32,000 bases of DNA from an uncultured Nitrospira sp. (GCA_964481215.1 CAYZTJ010000004.1:36202-68201); one strand, 5' to 3'. Positions 8,960-18,116 are shown, counted from the first letter of the stretch. Numbers and translations: made by a program. Notes: a model not told the origin generated them from the sequence alone.

Positions 8960-9009
8960 TGGATTCGCTTGCCCAGCGTATAGTTACCCGCGACGTTGGG
9001 GGAGGCCTC

Positions 9010-9708
9010 ATGATTATGGCAACATCCAAAGAACGTATCTTGTTGCTCACGGCCGATCAGCAGCCGCGGCAGCTCCTGATCAATAGCCTGATGGAGACAG
9101 GATACGACGTCACTGTCGCGCCGGACGATTCGACGCTGATGGAGGCGTTGCGCGATGGCGCTCCTTCCTTGATCGTCGCCGATCGCCAGGTCTGCAGTTT
9201 CGAAAAGCTCCGCCAACATAAGATGCTCAGGACCATTCCGATCATTGCATTGGGCGACCCAGACGGCACGTGCGGCGAGGAAGAGTGCATCGACGATCTC
9301 GAGCGGGGAGTCGACTTGGTCCTCTGCCAGCAGACGACGCGCGAGTTGATCGCTCGAGTGCGTGCCGTTCTACGGCGGAAAGATGCGCACACGAAGCCTA
9401 CGATACATTGTCTGGCCGGCGGCATCCGTATGGATCTGGACCGGCATGAGGTCACGGTCAATGGGAAGCCGGTCGATCTGACGCCGAAGGAGTTCCAGAT
9501 TCTCCGCTCGTTTCTCGAATCGCCGAGCCGGGTGTTTTCTCGCCAGGAAATGCTCAACTGCGTCTGGGGTGAAGGGTACGCACTGGAGGAGCATGCCCTC
9601 GACGTCCATATCCATTCGCTCCGCCAGAAGATCGAAGAGAATCCCGCGAAGCCCAAACTCATCGTCACTGTTCGGGGCATCGGGTACAAGCTGCGAGCGG
9701 GATCGTAG
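9010..9708 (+). CDS. OmpR/PhoB-family winged-helix response regulator with a degenerate (atypical) receiver domain
   Basis: ATG 9010 follows GGGGGAGG. C-terminal wHTH (LTPKEFQILRSFLESPSRVFSRQEML...VRGIGYKLR). The receiver keeps the Asp of LIVAD, but the acidic pocket, conserved Thr and conserved Lys are replaced. Confidence 0.8.
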   Translation: MIMATSKERILLLTADQQPRQLLINSLMETGYDVTVAPDDSTLMEALRDGAPSLIVADRQVCSFEKLRQHKMLRTIPIIALGDPDGTCGEEECIDDLERGVDLVLCQQTTRELIARVRAVLRRKDAHTKPTIHCLAGGIRMDLDRHEVTVNGKPVDLTPKEFQILRSFLESPSRVFSRQEMLNCVWGEGYALEEHALDVHIHSLRQKIEENPAKPKLIVTVRGIGYKLRAGS

Positions 9709-9799
9709 TCCGATCCTCATTCCGGCCGCTGAACGGCCAACAAAACGGAACATGGCCGTGTGCGACAGGGACTCGCGGAAAGCGACGGCGGGGCAGAGT

Positions 9800-10183
9800 C
9801 TACAGTTCGTCGACGGATACCGGCTTCAAAAAGTCGCGCACGGAGACGAGACCGATCAGGGTGCCGCCTTTGGTGACGCCCAGGTGGCGGGTGCGATGTC
9901 TGTTCATCAAGTCGGCGGCCTCGGTGATCGGCCGACGCTCTTCGATGCCCAGAACAGGGCTGCTCATGATCTCGTCGACGGGAATGAAGTAGGGCAGCCG
10001 GTCTCCGCCCACGAACTTCCTGACGATGTCGGATTCCGTCACGATTCCGACGATCTGTCCCTTCTTGGCCACCAGCACACTGCCGACGCTGCACGCCTTC
10101 ATCAGTTTGGCTGCTTCGACGACGGACGTTCCAGTGTCCACCGTCACCAGATCCTGTTTCATCAGTTGTCCTACCGTCACCAT
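9800..10183 (-). CDS. CBS-domain pair protein
   Basis: Two CBS repeats (VGQLMKQDLVTVDTGTSVVEAAKLM...GIVTESDIV, and IMSSPVLGIEERRPITEAADLM...GLVSVRDFL). Confidence 0.85.
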   Translation of the reverse strand: MVTVGQLMKQDLVTVDTGTSVVEAAKLMKACSVGSVLVAKKGQIVGIVTESDIVRKFVGGDRLPYFIPVDEIMSSPVLGIEERRPITEAADLMNRHRTRHLGVTKGGTLIGLVSVRDFLKPVSVDEL

Positions 10184-10315
10184 GCGCCAGTCCCTCCTGT
10201 TGGATTGAACGTTTGTCGGGTCGGAATGATAGCGCCTGGTCGTTGCTGTGCAGTTAGCGGGAGATTACTAACGTGTAAAAGATCGCGAGCAGATAGGCTT
10301 GAGCTGACGGCGGGA

Positions 10316-11023
10316 TCAATACAATGCGAAGTTATAGATGTCCGACGGTGCGCTTTCACCGGAGTGGTTGTACGCCACGACCGTAAAGGAATATTGCTGA
10401 TCGAGGGGCAGCGAGAGCGTCAACTCTGTTTGCAGTCCTGCATCGAAGTTGTATTGCATCGTGGACGAAAGGCTACGGACTTTGACTCGATAGCCGGTGG
10501 CTCGGTCAGAGGGGTCCCAGGCGAGCGTCACGGACTTCCGAGGCGTGCGATCGATCTGGATCCAGGGGAGCCGCGGGTCTTTTGTCAGGGGCGTTGTCGA
10601 GGGAGGAACGATCGGCGGTACCGAGATCGGTTCGACGGATTGCTGCCGCGCTTCTGCGGACAGCATGGGTGCTGTCGTCTCTTGTCGTTGTTCCGACTGC
10701 GCGCGCTCCATGATCGGCGCCGCCGGCCCGGGCGTGGTCGAGAGGGTGACCATCGGCTGGACCGGAATCGGTTCACCGGCCGGCTGCGGCGTCGGCATGC
10801 CATCCGTGATGGGCGCCGGTTGTGTCAAGGCGCTCTTTGTCGGTGCCGGCGTGGACAGGGTTTGACCGGCGCCGGCGCCAGGGTCCTGAAGGTCACCGCA
10901 GGAAGCGGTCACGATCGATACCAGTGACAAGATCACCAGCCAGGGCCATCGGACCACGAAGAGCAGGGAAAAAACACGCCTGAGCAACGATCCCTCCGGA
11001 CAAGAGTCGGTCAGACCATGCAC
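10316..11023 (-). CDS. Lipoprotein with Pro-rich linker and C-terminal fibronectin type III-like domain
   Basis: Lipobox VTASC. FN3-like C-terminus (SVTLAWDPSDRATGYRVKV...YSFTVVAYNHSGESAPS). The true start may be TTG 10987, which has GGAGGG upstream and gives M-LRRVFSLLF..., rather than GTG 11023. Confidence 0.6.
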   Translation of the reverse strand: MHGLTDSCPEGSLLRRVFSLLFVVRWPWLVILSLVSIVTASCGDLQDPGAGAGQTLSTPAPTKSALTQPAPITDGMPTPQPAGEPIPVQPMVTLSTTPGPAAPIMERAQSEQRQETTAPMLSAEARQQSVEPISVPPIVPPSTTPLTKDPRLPWIQIDRTPRKSVTLAWDPSDRATGYRVKVRSLSSTMQYNFDAGLQTELTLSLPLDQQYSFTVVAYNHSGESAPSDIYNFALY

Positions 11024-11028
11024 CCAGC

Positions 11029-11070
11029 TTGTTACAGCCTGTTGAAGATTCGTGTAACAAATGCGTTAAC
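11029..11070. promoter_or_regulatory. Perfect 8-bp inverted repeat TTGTTACA-N16-TGTAACAA followed by GTTAAC, upstream of the FN3 lipoprotein gene
   Basis: TTGTTACA 11029-11036, TGTAACAA 11053-11060. GTAACA 11054 and GTTAAC 11065 are 11 bp apart. Confidence 0.3.
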
Positions 11071-11360
11071 TGAACCATCGGCTGGAGGGAGCGGATTCTG
11101 TCCGAGGCGGCCGCCCGAGTGGGTGGCAGGCGGCCGGCGCGGTCATGAGCGCGAGTTGAGCGGGGAGGCTGATTCTCGCGTCGTCATGATGGGCTGAACA
11201 GGACGAGTGATGCATTCTTGCGGAAAGCGGTTAGGGCGACATCAGCCGCGGGTCAAGATCGCGTCACAAAGTTCCTGGGAAATGCCGTCAGAGGCCTTGA
11301 GGTTACAGATCCCTGAGGCTGCGGCAACATCCGGTTAATATGAGCGGGAGATAAGAGGCC

Positions 11361-13172
11361 GTGGCGGACTACCTGGCATCAATGACACGCTGTTCCTTCC
11401 CCCTCGCGACCACGACCCTATTGGTGGCCGCCTTGTCGGCTCTCTGGGCGGCCGGCACGGCGCGAGCCGAAATCACTCCGAGTCAAGTGGTCATCGTGGC
11501 CAACGAGGCGAGTGCTGAGAGTGTGCAGGTGGCACAGCACTATGCCCAGCGCCGTGGCATTCCGTTCCAGCAGATCGCAAAGTTGCCGCTCCCGATCGAA
11601 GAGACGATGAGCCGCACAGAGTACGAACGGGAACTGGTCGACCCTCTACGGCAATTCCTCCAATCCCGCCGGCTCCAATCCTCCGTCCGTGTATTGGTCA
11701 CCGTCTACGGCGTGCCGATTCGCGTCTCGGCGCCGACTCTGTCGGAGGAGGAAAAGCGCTGGCGGATCGATGCGAGAGATCGACTCACTTCCGCCAAGGC
11801 GATTCTGATCGATGTGGAACGAGAGGGGCGGGAACTCGCCGCGGCAGGCCGAGCGGTTGCGAAACCCGCCCCCAAGAAGGATTCGGCGCTGCGCGAGTTT
11901 GAACAGAATTTGGCGCTCCTGGAAGCCGTCGATCGCGTGGCGCAGGACGCCCTGACCCGCGTCAAGCAACTGGATGCTTCCGCGAGAGCGCCGTGGTATC
12001 CGCGCGTGGAAGCCTGGGTGCGGCGGTACCAGGGCCGAGCCGGAGTGACGCAACTGCACCGCGAACTGCCGCCCGAAACCGCGATCGACCAGGCCGGACT
12101 GGGGGCCCTCGGCGCGTTGCATGCGGAGGGCATGCAGCTATTGTTGGGTACGCAAGAACTACCCATCCGCCAGGAGCGTGCGGCACTCTACCGCCAGGTC
12201 GAACAAGTCTACGGTGCCTACGGGGTCTTTGCGCTGGCGGCGCTGGAGTTGAGCCGTGTGTCGAACGAGTTTGCGGATGCTGCCGTGGACAGTGAATTGA
12301 GCCTGCTCTGGTGGGATCGGCATCAATACGAGGTCGACTGGAGACAGGCCAATCCTCTGTACCATGGATACCGCAGACCCATTGCGTCGAGAGATCATGA
12401 GATTCCGGTGCTCATGGTCAGCCGCCTCGACGCCCCGACCGCCGACCTGGCGTCGAGATTGGTCGACCGAGCGCTACAAGCCGAGCGGGAGGGCCTGACC
12501 GGCACGATCTACCTGGATTCGAGAGGGCTCCCGCTGAAAGATAAAACGGACACCTACGGGTGGTATGACCAAAGTCTTCGGGATTTGCATGGCTATGTCA
12601 CCCGGCATTCCGGTTACCGGTCGGTGTTGGAGGACACCGAAACCCGATTCTCTCGCCACGGCGAGGCTCCAGATGTCGCGTTCTATGCCGGTTGGTATCG
12701 GCTACGGCAGTACGAAGACGCCTTTACGTTCCGTCCTGGAGCCATCGGCTACCATATGGCCTCGGCAGAAGCGGTGAGCGTGCGTCGCGCGTCGGAGACC
12801 GGCTGGTGCAAGAACGCCTTGGAACGTGGCATCACCGCCACACTGGGTTCGATAAATGAACCCTATCTCGACGCTTTTCCCGAGCCGCTGGAGTTTGCCG
12901 CGCTCATGACGACCGGTCAGTACAGCCTGGTCGAAGCGTACTATCTGACGAGCCGGTGGATCAGTTGGCGAATGGTGCTGTTCGGCGATCCCCTCTACAA
13001 TCCCTGGAAGCGCAAACCTGCGGCGCCGCGCGCCGCGCTCACCATGTTCACGCTCGCTCCGATCGCCCCGTCGGACCGGACGTTCGACGACCCGCTGAAG
13101 ATCAGGGAGGAGCGAACACGGCTTCAGGCATCGGGTCGCCGGAGATTGGAACAAATTCTCCAGCTTCCGTAA
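11361..13172 (+). CDS. Large secreted protein of unknown function (N-terminus recalls the TIGR03790 family)
   Basis: Signal peptide (LLVAALSALWAAGTARAE). VVIVANEASAESVQVAQHYAQRRGIP resembles the conserved N-terminal motif I recall for TIGR03790 proteins. Start may be ATG 11382 instead of GTG 11361. Confidence 0.55.
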   Translation: MADYLASMTRCSFPLATTTLLVAALSALWAAGTARAEITPSQVVIVANEASAESVQVAQHYAQRRGIPFQQIAKLPLPIEETMSRTEYERELVDPLRQFLQSRRLQSSVRVLVTVYGVPIRVSAPTLSEEEKRWRIDARDRLTSAKAILIDVEREGRELAAAGRAVAKPAPKKDSALREFEQNLALLEAVDRVAQDALTRVKQLDASARAPWYPRVEAWVRRYQGRAGVTQLHRELPPETAIDQAGLGALGALHAEGMQLLLGTQELPIRQERAALYRQVEQVYGAYGVFALAALELSRVSNEFADAAVDSELSLLWWDRHQYEVDWRQANPLYHGYRRPIASRDHEIPVLMVSRLDAPTADLASRLVDRALQAEREGLTGTIYLDSRGLPLKDKTDTYGWYDQSLRDLHGYVTRHSGYRSVLEDTETRFSRHGEAPDVAFYAGWYRLRQYEDAFTFRPGAIGYHMASAEAVSVRRASETGWCKNALERGITATLGSINEPYLDAFPEPLEFAALMTTGQYSLVEAYYLTSRWISWRMVLFGDPLYNPWKRKPAAPRAALTMFTLAPIAPSDRTFDDPLKIREERTRLQASGRRRLEQILQLP

Positions 13173-13285
13173 GGTCGTCCGTCGCCTCCGCTCCGTACTC
13201 TTGCCCGGCATTGTTGAAGCAAGATGTTACAGGATTGTGACAATGCCGCAACGAAGCGGTGACCTCGCCGGCGCTAGAATTCACC

Positions 13286-14155
13286 ATGTCCGGTTCTCTA
13301 ATCGGTATATTTCTCACGGTTGCCGGGATCGTGGTCGGTACGGACAGCGCCGCTCCGGGGCGATCACACTCGACTGGGGTGAGCCAGACGCGTGTCGAAA
13401 AGGCCTGTAGGACCGGCCCTCGCACGGTGGCCGTCATGCAAGGATGGTTCGGTGAGGACCTGTCCCTGAACCACGCGTTCCACGTCGTCTGCCGCGAGCT
13501 GGCCCGATCGAAGAAGGTGACGCTCGATCGACAAGCCGACCGCGCGATGCAACAGGTCGAACAGCGGTACCGTCGTCACCTCGGCACACTGCCGGCTCTC
13601 GTGCCCGAATTGCCCCCGCCGCTTCAACCGCACGTCGCCTATGTGGCCGTTGCGGGGTTCGATGGGGTCAACCCTGCCCTCACTGTCCGTGAGCTGCGAT
13701 GGGGGAAAAAGGAAGATGGACGGTGGCGGTTGGAAACTGAACGGGCCGCCTATCTGGATCTGCGAGGCTGCGGGTTGCGCTTCATCGGCACGCACACCAT
13801 CGCGAAGATGCTCTTAGACGGCGCTGGGCCGTTCGAGACGGACCAGCCTCGACCCGAGGTAGCGGCAGGGCGCGAGGTGGACGGACTGTCCAAGCGCGAG
13901 GAGTGCCGGGCGTCAACCTTTACAGTTCAGGAAGCCAAGGCACTATATGTGACGGCCGTGCGGGCCACCATCGACCATGCCGGCCGTTTCCTCGTAGATG
14001 CCACCGAAGTCGGCGGTCGCCTGCATCTCTTGACCATCCCACCCACAGGTCCTGTGCAGGAAGCGTTTCTCAGCCCCGAGGAATACGTCGGCGAGACGTC
14101 TTCGCCTAACGCGGATGGACCGGCAGAGCAGACCACACGTGAGCCGGCGCAGTAA
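13286..14155 (+). CDS. Hypothetical protein
   Basis: Long ORF with coding-like composition; start taken at ATG 13286. The N-terminus SLIGIFLTVAGIVVGTDSA is weakly reminiscent of Ntn-hydrolase/proteasome-beta strands, which I could not verify. Confidence 0.4.
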   Translation: MSGSLIGIFLTVAGIVVGTDSAAPGRSHSTGVSQTRVEKACRTGPRTVAVMQGWFGEDLSLNHAFHVVCRELARSKKVTLDRQADRAMQQVEQRYRRHLGTLPALVPELPPPLQPHVAYVAVAGFDGVNPALTVRELRWGKKEDGRWRLETERAAYLDLRGCGLRFIGTHTIAKMLLDGAGPFETDQPRPEVAAGREVDGLSKREECRASTFTVQEAKALYVTAVRATIDHAGRFLVDATEVGGRLHLLTIPPTGPVQEAFLSPEEYVGETSSPNADGPAEQTTREPAQ

Positions 14156-14167
14156 GGAGGTGTCTTG

Positions 14168-14299
14168 ATGACGGAAGTCCGTGGCGCGATGGTACTGATG
14201 TTGGCGCTTCTCTTCTTCGTGCTCATCATCGGCTTGTTCGCTCTCAGCACGGTCATGCGGCCGAGGCGTTGGAGCGAGCGGCCACGGTTGATCCAATGA
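14168..14299 (+). CDS. Possible 43-aa single-TM small protein
   Basis: AAGGAGG (14154-14160) lies 7 nt before ATG 14168. Product MTEVRGAMVLMLALLFFVLIIGLFALSTVMRPRRWSERPRLIQ has one hydrophobic helix and a basic tail. Too short for the ORF track. Confidence 0.35.
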   Translation: MTEVRGAMVLMLALLFFVLIIGLFALSTVMRPRRWSERPRLIQ

Positions 14300-14391
14300 G
14301 GCGACCGGTCGCTTCGCCTTGTCCGGCACGGTCGACCGGACGGCTGGACCGGCCTAGCGGACGGTGAGCCGGCATTGAGGACCTCTCCACC

Positions 14392-14766
14392 ATGAAGACA
14401 TGGCCGATGTGGGCTGCTCTGCCTCTGTTCTTGGTGGCATGTGCGCATCCCCCACCCAAATACCCTCCGCTCATCATCGGTGTGACGACCAAAGCGGAGG
14501 TGATCGAGCAATATGGCGAGCCTGATCTTCTCGTCCAGTCATCGACTGGGGAAACCGCCACCTATCGGTTTTCCAGCCGGATGAGGGCTCTGCCGCCCAT
14601 TCAGATCCCCACCGCGCAGGCCGGGCCCTTCGGCACAACTGCCACGAAGATGGAGCCGGTTCAGCCCGGACTGGAACGTGAGGCGGAACCCCATCCACCT
14701 CATGCGAAAGGCGGATTTCAGATTCGATACGACCGACGTGGCGTGGTGCAAGAAGTCTTTCACTAG
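14392..14766 (+). CDS. Small lipoprotein (BamE/SmpA-OmlA-like feel)
   Basis: Lipobox FLVAC; motif GVTTKAEVIEQYGEPDL. Confidence 0.55.
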   Translation: MKTWPMWAALPLFLVACAHPPPKYPPLIIGVTTKAEVIEQYGEPDLLVQSSTGETATYRFSSRMRALPPIQIPTAQAGPFGTTATKMEPVQPGLEREAEPHPPHAKGGFQIRYDRRGVVQEVFH

Positions 14767-14884
14767 TCTTGTGCTGTCAGGATCTGGCAACAGCCCCTAA
14801 GCTGTTGTCACATCGACGTTCTCCCTGATGAAACCAGCCTGTAACACGAGCCTGCGATACTGCGATATACAGAAAGGGGGCACC

Positions 14885-15355
14885 ATGGACCACAAGACGA
14901 CGCCCATGACGGAGCAAAAGACGATTGCTATCGTGGCGCACGACAACAAAAAGCAAGATTTGCTGGCCTGGGCGAGATACAACCGGGCGGCACTGGCGGT
15001 CCATACGCTGATCGCCACAGGGACAACCGGCAAACTGCTTGAGTCTGAACTGGATCTGCCGGTGACGCGGCTTCAGAGCGGGCCATTGGGCGGGGATCAA
15101 CAGATCGGGGCCAAGATCAGCGAAGGTGCGGTCGATGTGCTGATCTTCTTCTGGGATCCGTTGGAGCCGCACCCCCATGATCCGGATGTGAAGGCGCTGC
15201 TTCGCATCGCGGTGGTCTGGAACATCCCCATTGCCTGCAATCGTGCCTCGGCGGATTTCTTGATCTCCTCTTCCTTGATGCCGACCGAGTACCAGCGGCT
15301 GGTACCCGACTACGAATCTCATCTCAACCGCTTGGTGGGGCTTGATGTCGTATAG
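14885..15355 (+). CDS. mgsA: Methylglyoxal synthase
   Basis: [14 protein letters not shown]...[11 protein letters not shown]...[14 protein letters not shown]...[42 protein letters not shown] is the MgsA signature throughout. ATG 14885 chosen over the upstream ATG 14828. Confidence 0.9.
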   Translation: MDHKTTPMTEQKTIAIVAHDNKKQDLLAWARYNRAALAVHTLIATGTTGKLLESELDLPVTRLQSGPLGGDQQIGAKISEGAVDVLIFFWDPLEPHPHDPDVKALLRIAVVWNIPIACNRASADFLISSSLMPTEYQRLVPDYESHLNRLVGLDVV

Positions 15356-16427
15356 CGGCGGGATAGGGGCTGAGCCATCGACGTTCGGCTCCCGACCTGC
15401 TCAAGGTAGGCGTCTGAGGATCGCCATTGCGACCGACGCCTGGCAGCCGCAGATCAACGGCGTGGTACGTACGCTTGGACAGACGGCGAGGCACCTGAAG
15501 GAGTTGGGCCACGACCTGTTGTTCATCACGCCGCTGGACTTTCGCACCTTTCCTTGTCCCACGTATCCCTCGATCAGATTGGCGTGGTTGCCCAAGCAGG
15601 GCGTCGCGCGCCGGCTGCGGGAGTTTCGCCCACACGCAATTCACATCGCGACAGAAGGGCCGATCGGGCATGCGGCCCGATCGTTCTGCCTGCGGCGGGC
15701 GCTGCCCTTCACCACCTCGTACCACACACAGTTTCCCGAGTATGTGCGCGCCCGCGTTCCGTTGCCCGTCAGTTGGTCCTACGCCTATCTGCGCCGGTAT
15801 CACGGGCGAGCGGACCGTACGATGGTGGCGACTCCATCGATGCGCCAGCGATTGGAAGAAAGAGGCTTCAAGAACTTGGCGATCTGGGCGAGGGGAGTGG
15901 ATGCCGAGGTCTTTCACCCGGGGCCGAAATCGATTCTATCCGGTCCGAGACCCATTTCGATGTACATGGGGCGGGTCGCCGTGGAAAAGAATATCGAAGC
16001 CTACTTGGATTTGGATCTGCCCGGTACGAAGTATGTGGTCGGCGATGGACCTGACTTGGAACAACTCAAGGCCCGATACCCCGCTGTTCGGTTCGTTGGG
16101 GAAAAGGTGGGAGAAGAATTGACCGCGCATCTTGCGGCGGCTGACGTGTTCGTGTTTCCCAGTCTCACAGATACATTCGGTCTCGTGTTGCTCGAAGCCA
16201 TGGCCTGCGGCGTGCCGGTCGCGGCGTACCCGGTGACCGGGCCGATCGATGTGGTGCAGCAGGGGAAGACCGGCATGCTCGATCGCGATCTCAAGCAAGC
16301 GATCCTCGGCGCCGTCACGCTGAATTCTGAAGACTGCATCGCCTACGCGCGGCAACACTCCTGGCGAAATTGGACAGAGCGATTCGTATCGTTGCTGGCG
16401 CCGTTCGAGGAGAGACGGTGGGACTAA
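15345..16427 (+). CDS. GT4-family glycosyltransferase, SQD2/Agt-like (candidate diacylglycerol glycosyl/glucuronosyl transferase)
   Basis: N-terminus [39 protein letters not shown] and C-terminal ...[28 protein letters not shown] (E-x7-E region) of GT4 enzymes. ATG 15345 overlaps the mgsA 3' end by 11 nt. Confidence 0.7.
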   Translation: MSYSGGIGAEPSTFGSRPAQGRRLRIAIATDAWQPQINGVVRTLGQTARHLKELGHDLLFITPLDFRTFPCPTYPSIRLAWLPKQGVARRLREFRPHAIHIATEGPIGHAARSFCLRRALPFTTSYHTQFPEYVRARVPLPVSWSYAYLRRYHGRADRTMVATPSMRQRLEERGFKNLAIWARGVDAEVFHPGPKSILSGPRPISMYMGRVAVEKNIEAYLDLDLPGTKYVVGDGPDLEQLKARYPAVRFVGEKVGEELTAHLAAADVFVFPSLTDTFGLVLLEAMACGVPVAAYPVTGPIDVVQQGKTGMLDRDLKQAILGAVTLNSEDCIAYARQHSWRNWTERFVSLLAPFEERRWD

Positions 16428-16693
16428 TGCCGTCATCACATCGTGGCTTTCACGCTGTCAGTGGTGGCACCCGTACGTTCTGGCGACCACTCGGAGAACC
16501 GCCCGATATGCATGGATACTAGCGCCATCCCGATCGAAACCGCCGAATATTGAAGGGGATCCTCGCACGGATTTTGGTCAAGCTTAGGAAGCCGTGCCAT
16601 CGAGAGTTTTTCCGCTAGACCTCCGGTGAGTCCGGGCCCTACACTGAAACAGCCTATCTACGTGCCCACCCTAGGCTGAAAACGAGTGCTCTC

Positions 16694-16987
16694 GTGAAAT
16701 ACGATATCGACCGGCACTTGCGGGCGAAACGCACAGTCGCGCTGGTCAGCGCCTGCGCCGTGACGCTCGAGACCGCCCTCGCCACCGTGATGTCTACCAT
16801 CGGCGGCACGGTGTTCGACATCAAGCTGAAAGAGATCAATCAGCGGGTGGTGTGGAGAGTCAAGCTTCTGCGCGACGGAGAGCGTGTGAAGGCCTATGTC
16901 GATGCCAGATCCGGCTTGATCGTCGAGGCCAAGGCCGAGGTCTCTGCCGCAGATCCGATGGTAGGGCTGCCCATCGCGTTCCCCTAA
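16694..16987 (+). CDS. PepSY-domain small protein
   Basis: TLETALATVMSTIGGTVFDIKLKEINQRVVWRVKLLRDGERVKAYVDARSGLIVE fits the PepSY pattern. Possible lipobox LVSAC. Confidence 0.55.
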   Translation: MKYDIDRHLRAKRTVALVSACAVTLETALATVMSTIGGTVFDIKLKEINQRVVWRVKLLRDGERVKAYVDARSGLIVEAKAEVSAADPMVGLPIAFP

Positions 16988-17232
16988 CAGGCTGTTGAGA
17001 AAGGGAGCAGGGTCTCGCCTGCTACTGTCGAGCCACTCGCTCCGGGTCCACGAACCCATCATCTTTCCCGTCGCGCCTACCTTATGTCTTCCTCGGCAGC
17101 GACCCCGGCGATCCGCCGCGGATCATCCGGCCTGCGTGGCAAATCGCCCTCCGCCCCTAGCATTTCAAAATAATATGGAGTAGCATCCGCCTCCCTTGGA
17201 CGTGAAGGTGTCGACATGACGGAGGGAAGCCC

Positions 17233-17493
17233 ATGACGAAGCTGTTTATTCTCCAAGAGATCAAGCGCACGACCGAAGCCAACGGAGGTCGACCGCTGCC
17301 TAAGAATTCTTTTGAAGCGAGAACAGGCATCAGGCGGTATGAGTGGTTCGGCGTCTATTGGGCACGCTGGAGCGATGCGCTGAGAGAAGCGGGCTGTCTC
17401 CCCCAGGATTTGCCTGTCTCAGCAGGGCACCACACGTTGAACCTCCTCCGGTCTAGACGTCAGCGACCACTGTCGGTATCCTCGCACGCATAA
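17233..17493 (+). other. Short ORF, possibly the N-terminal remnant of a larger gene
   Basis: ILQEIKRTTEANGGRPLPKNSFEARTGIRRYEWFGVYWARWSDALREAG resembles an N-terminal repeat found ahead of nuclease-type domains. The ORF then decays into Arg/Ser-rich sequence and stops at 86 aa. Confidence 0.3.
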
Positions 17494-17579
17494 GGCGTCT
17501 CACCACTCGCTTATCCTCACGCGCACTCGATCACTTTTTCGGTCAACTCTTCGAGCGGTGGGGCGAAGCGAGCATACCC

Positions 17580-18116
17580 CTACTGCTCCAGATACGCCCC
17601 CAGGGCATACTGCCCGGTCTGGAGAATCGGCAGGAGATACCAGTCGTCATGGGGAAAGCGCGTGGTCATGAAGAAGCCCCAGATGGTCAGGGTGGCGCCG
17701 ACATATTGCGGATGCGGCATGAGAGAAAAGGGAAAGCGGTTGCACCAGGGGACGTGATAGCCCAGCTTGTTGCCGTAGAACACGCCGATCTTGCCCAGCC
17801 TGAGAAACACGCCCGCGTTCAGGGTTTGACCGATCACGATCAGGATGCCCCCGGTCACGAACCAGGGTTCGTCGTCGCCTGGGGGGATAATCGTTCCTCC
17901 GCCGTACAGGTAGCACCAGCCGAGGAAGACGGCGAGCTGCAGCGTTTTGAAACAGAAAAAGACGTTGCGCAGCACATCGACCGGCTCTCCGAAGACGGCC
18001 ACTGCCGGTCTCGAACAGAACTTGCGGAACGACTCCGGATCGTACCAGACCCAGGCGTACCAGATCCGCTCCAGACTCAACGCGCCGGCGGCCGCCAGCA
18101 GGCTCCAGCCCGTCAT
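17580..18116 (-). CDS. PEMT/ICMT-type integral-membrane SAM-dependent methyltransferase (phospholipid N-methyltransferase-like)
   Basis: Start ATG 18116-18114 overlaps the upstream stop (TGATG). Multi-TM product with C-terminal ...FSLMPHPQYVGATLTIWGFF... motif of the PEMT family. Confidence 0.65.
   Translation of the reverse strand: MTGWSLLAAAGALSLERIWYAWVWYDPESFRKFCSRPAVAVFGEPVDVLRNVFFCFKTLQLAVFLGWCYLYGGGTIIPPGDDEPWFVTGGILIVIGQTLNAGVFLRLGKIGVFYGNKLGYHVPWCNRFPFSLMPHPQYVGATLTIWGFFMTTRFPHDDWYLLPILQTGQYALGAYLEQ

Noticed and set aside
9569-10927. 452-aa ORF on the + strand
   Set aside because: Runs antisense to the well-supported CBS and FN3-lipoprotein genes. The product is Arg/Gly/His-rich with no motifs, a typical high-GC shadow ORF.
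11110-11150. Direct repeat GGCGGCCG x2 (NotI-like) in the 11.1-kb intergenic region
   Set aside because: Short GC-rich words expected by chance in a GC-rich genome, with no hairpin potential.
14852-14867. Tandem CTGCGATA-CTGCGATA before mgsA
   Set aside because: Only two 8-nt copies, which could be chance. Mentioned under the mgsA finding but not called as a feature.
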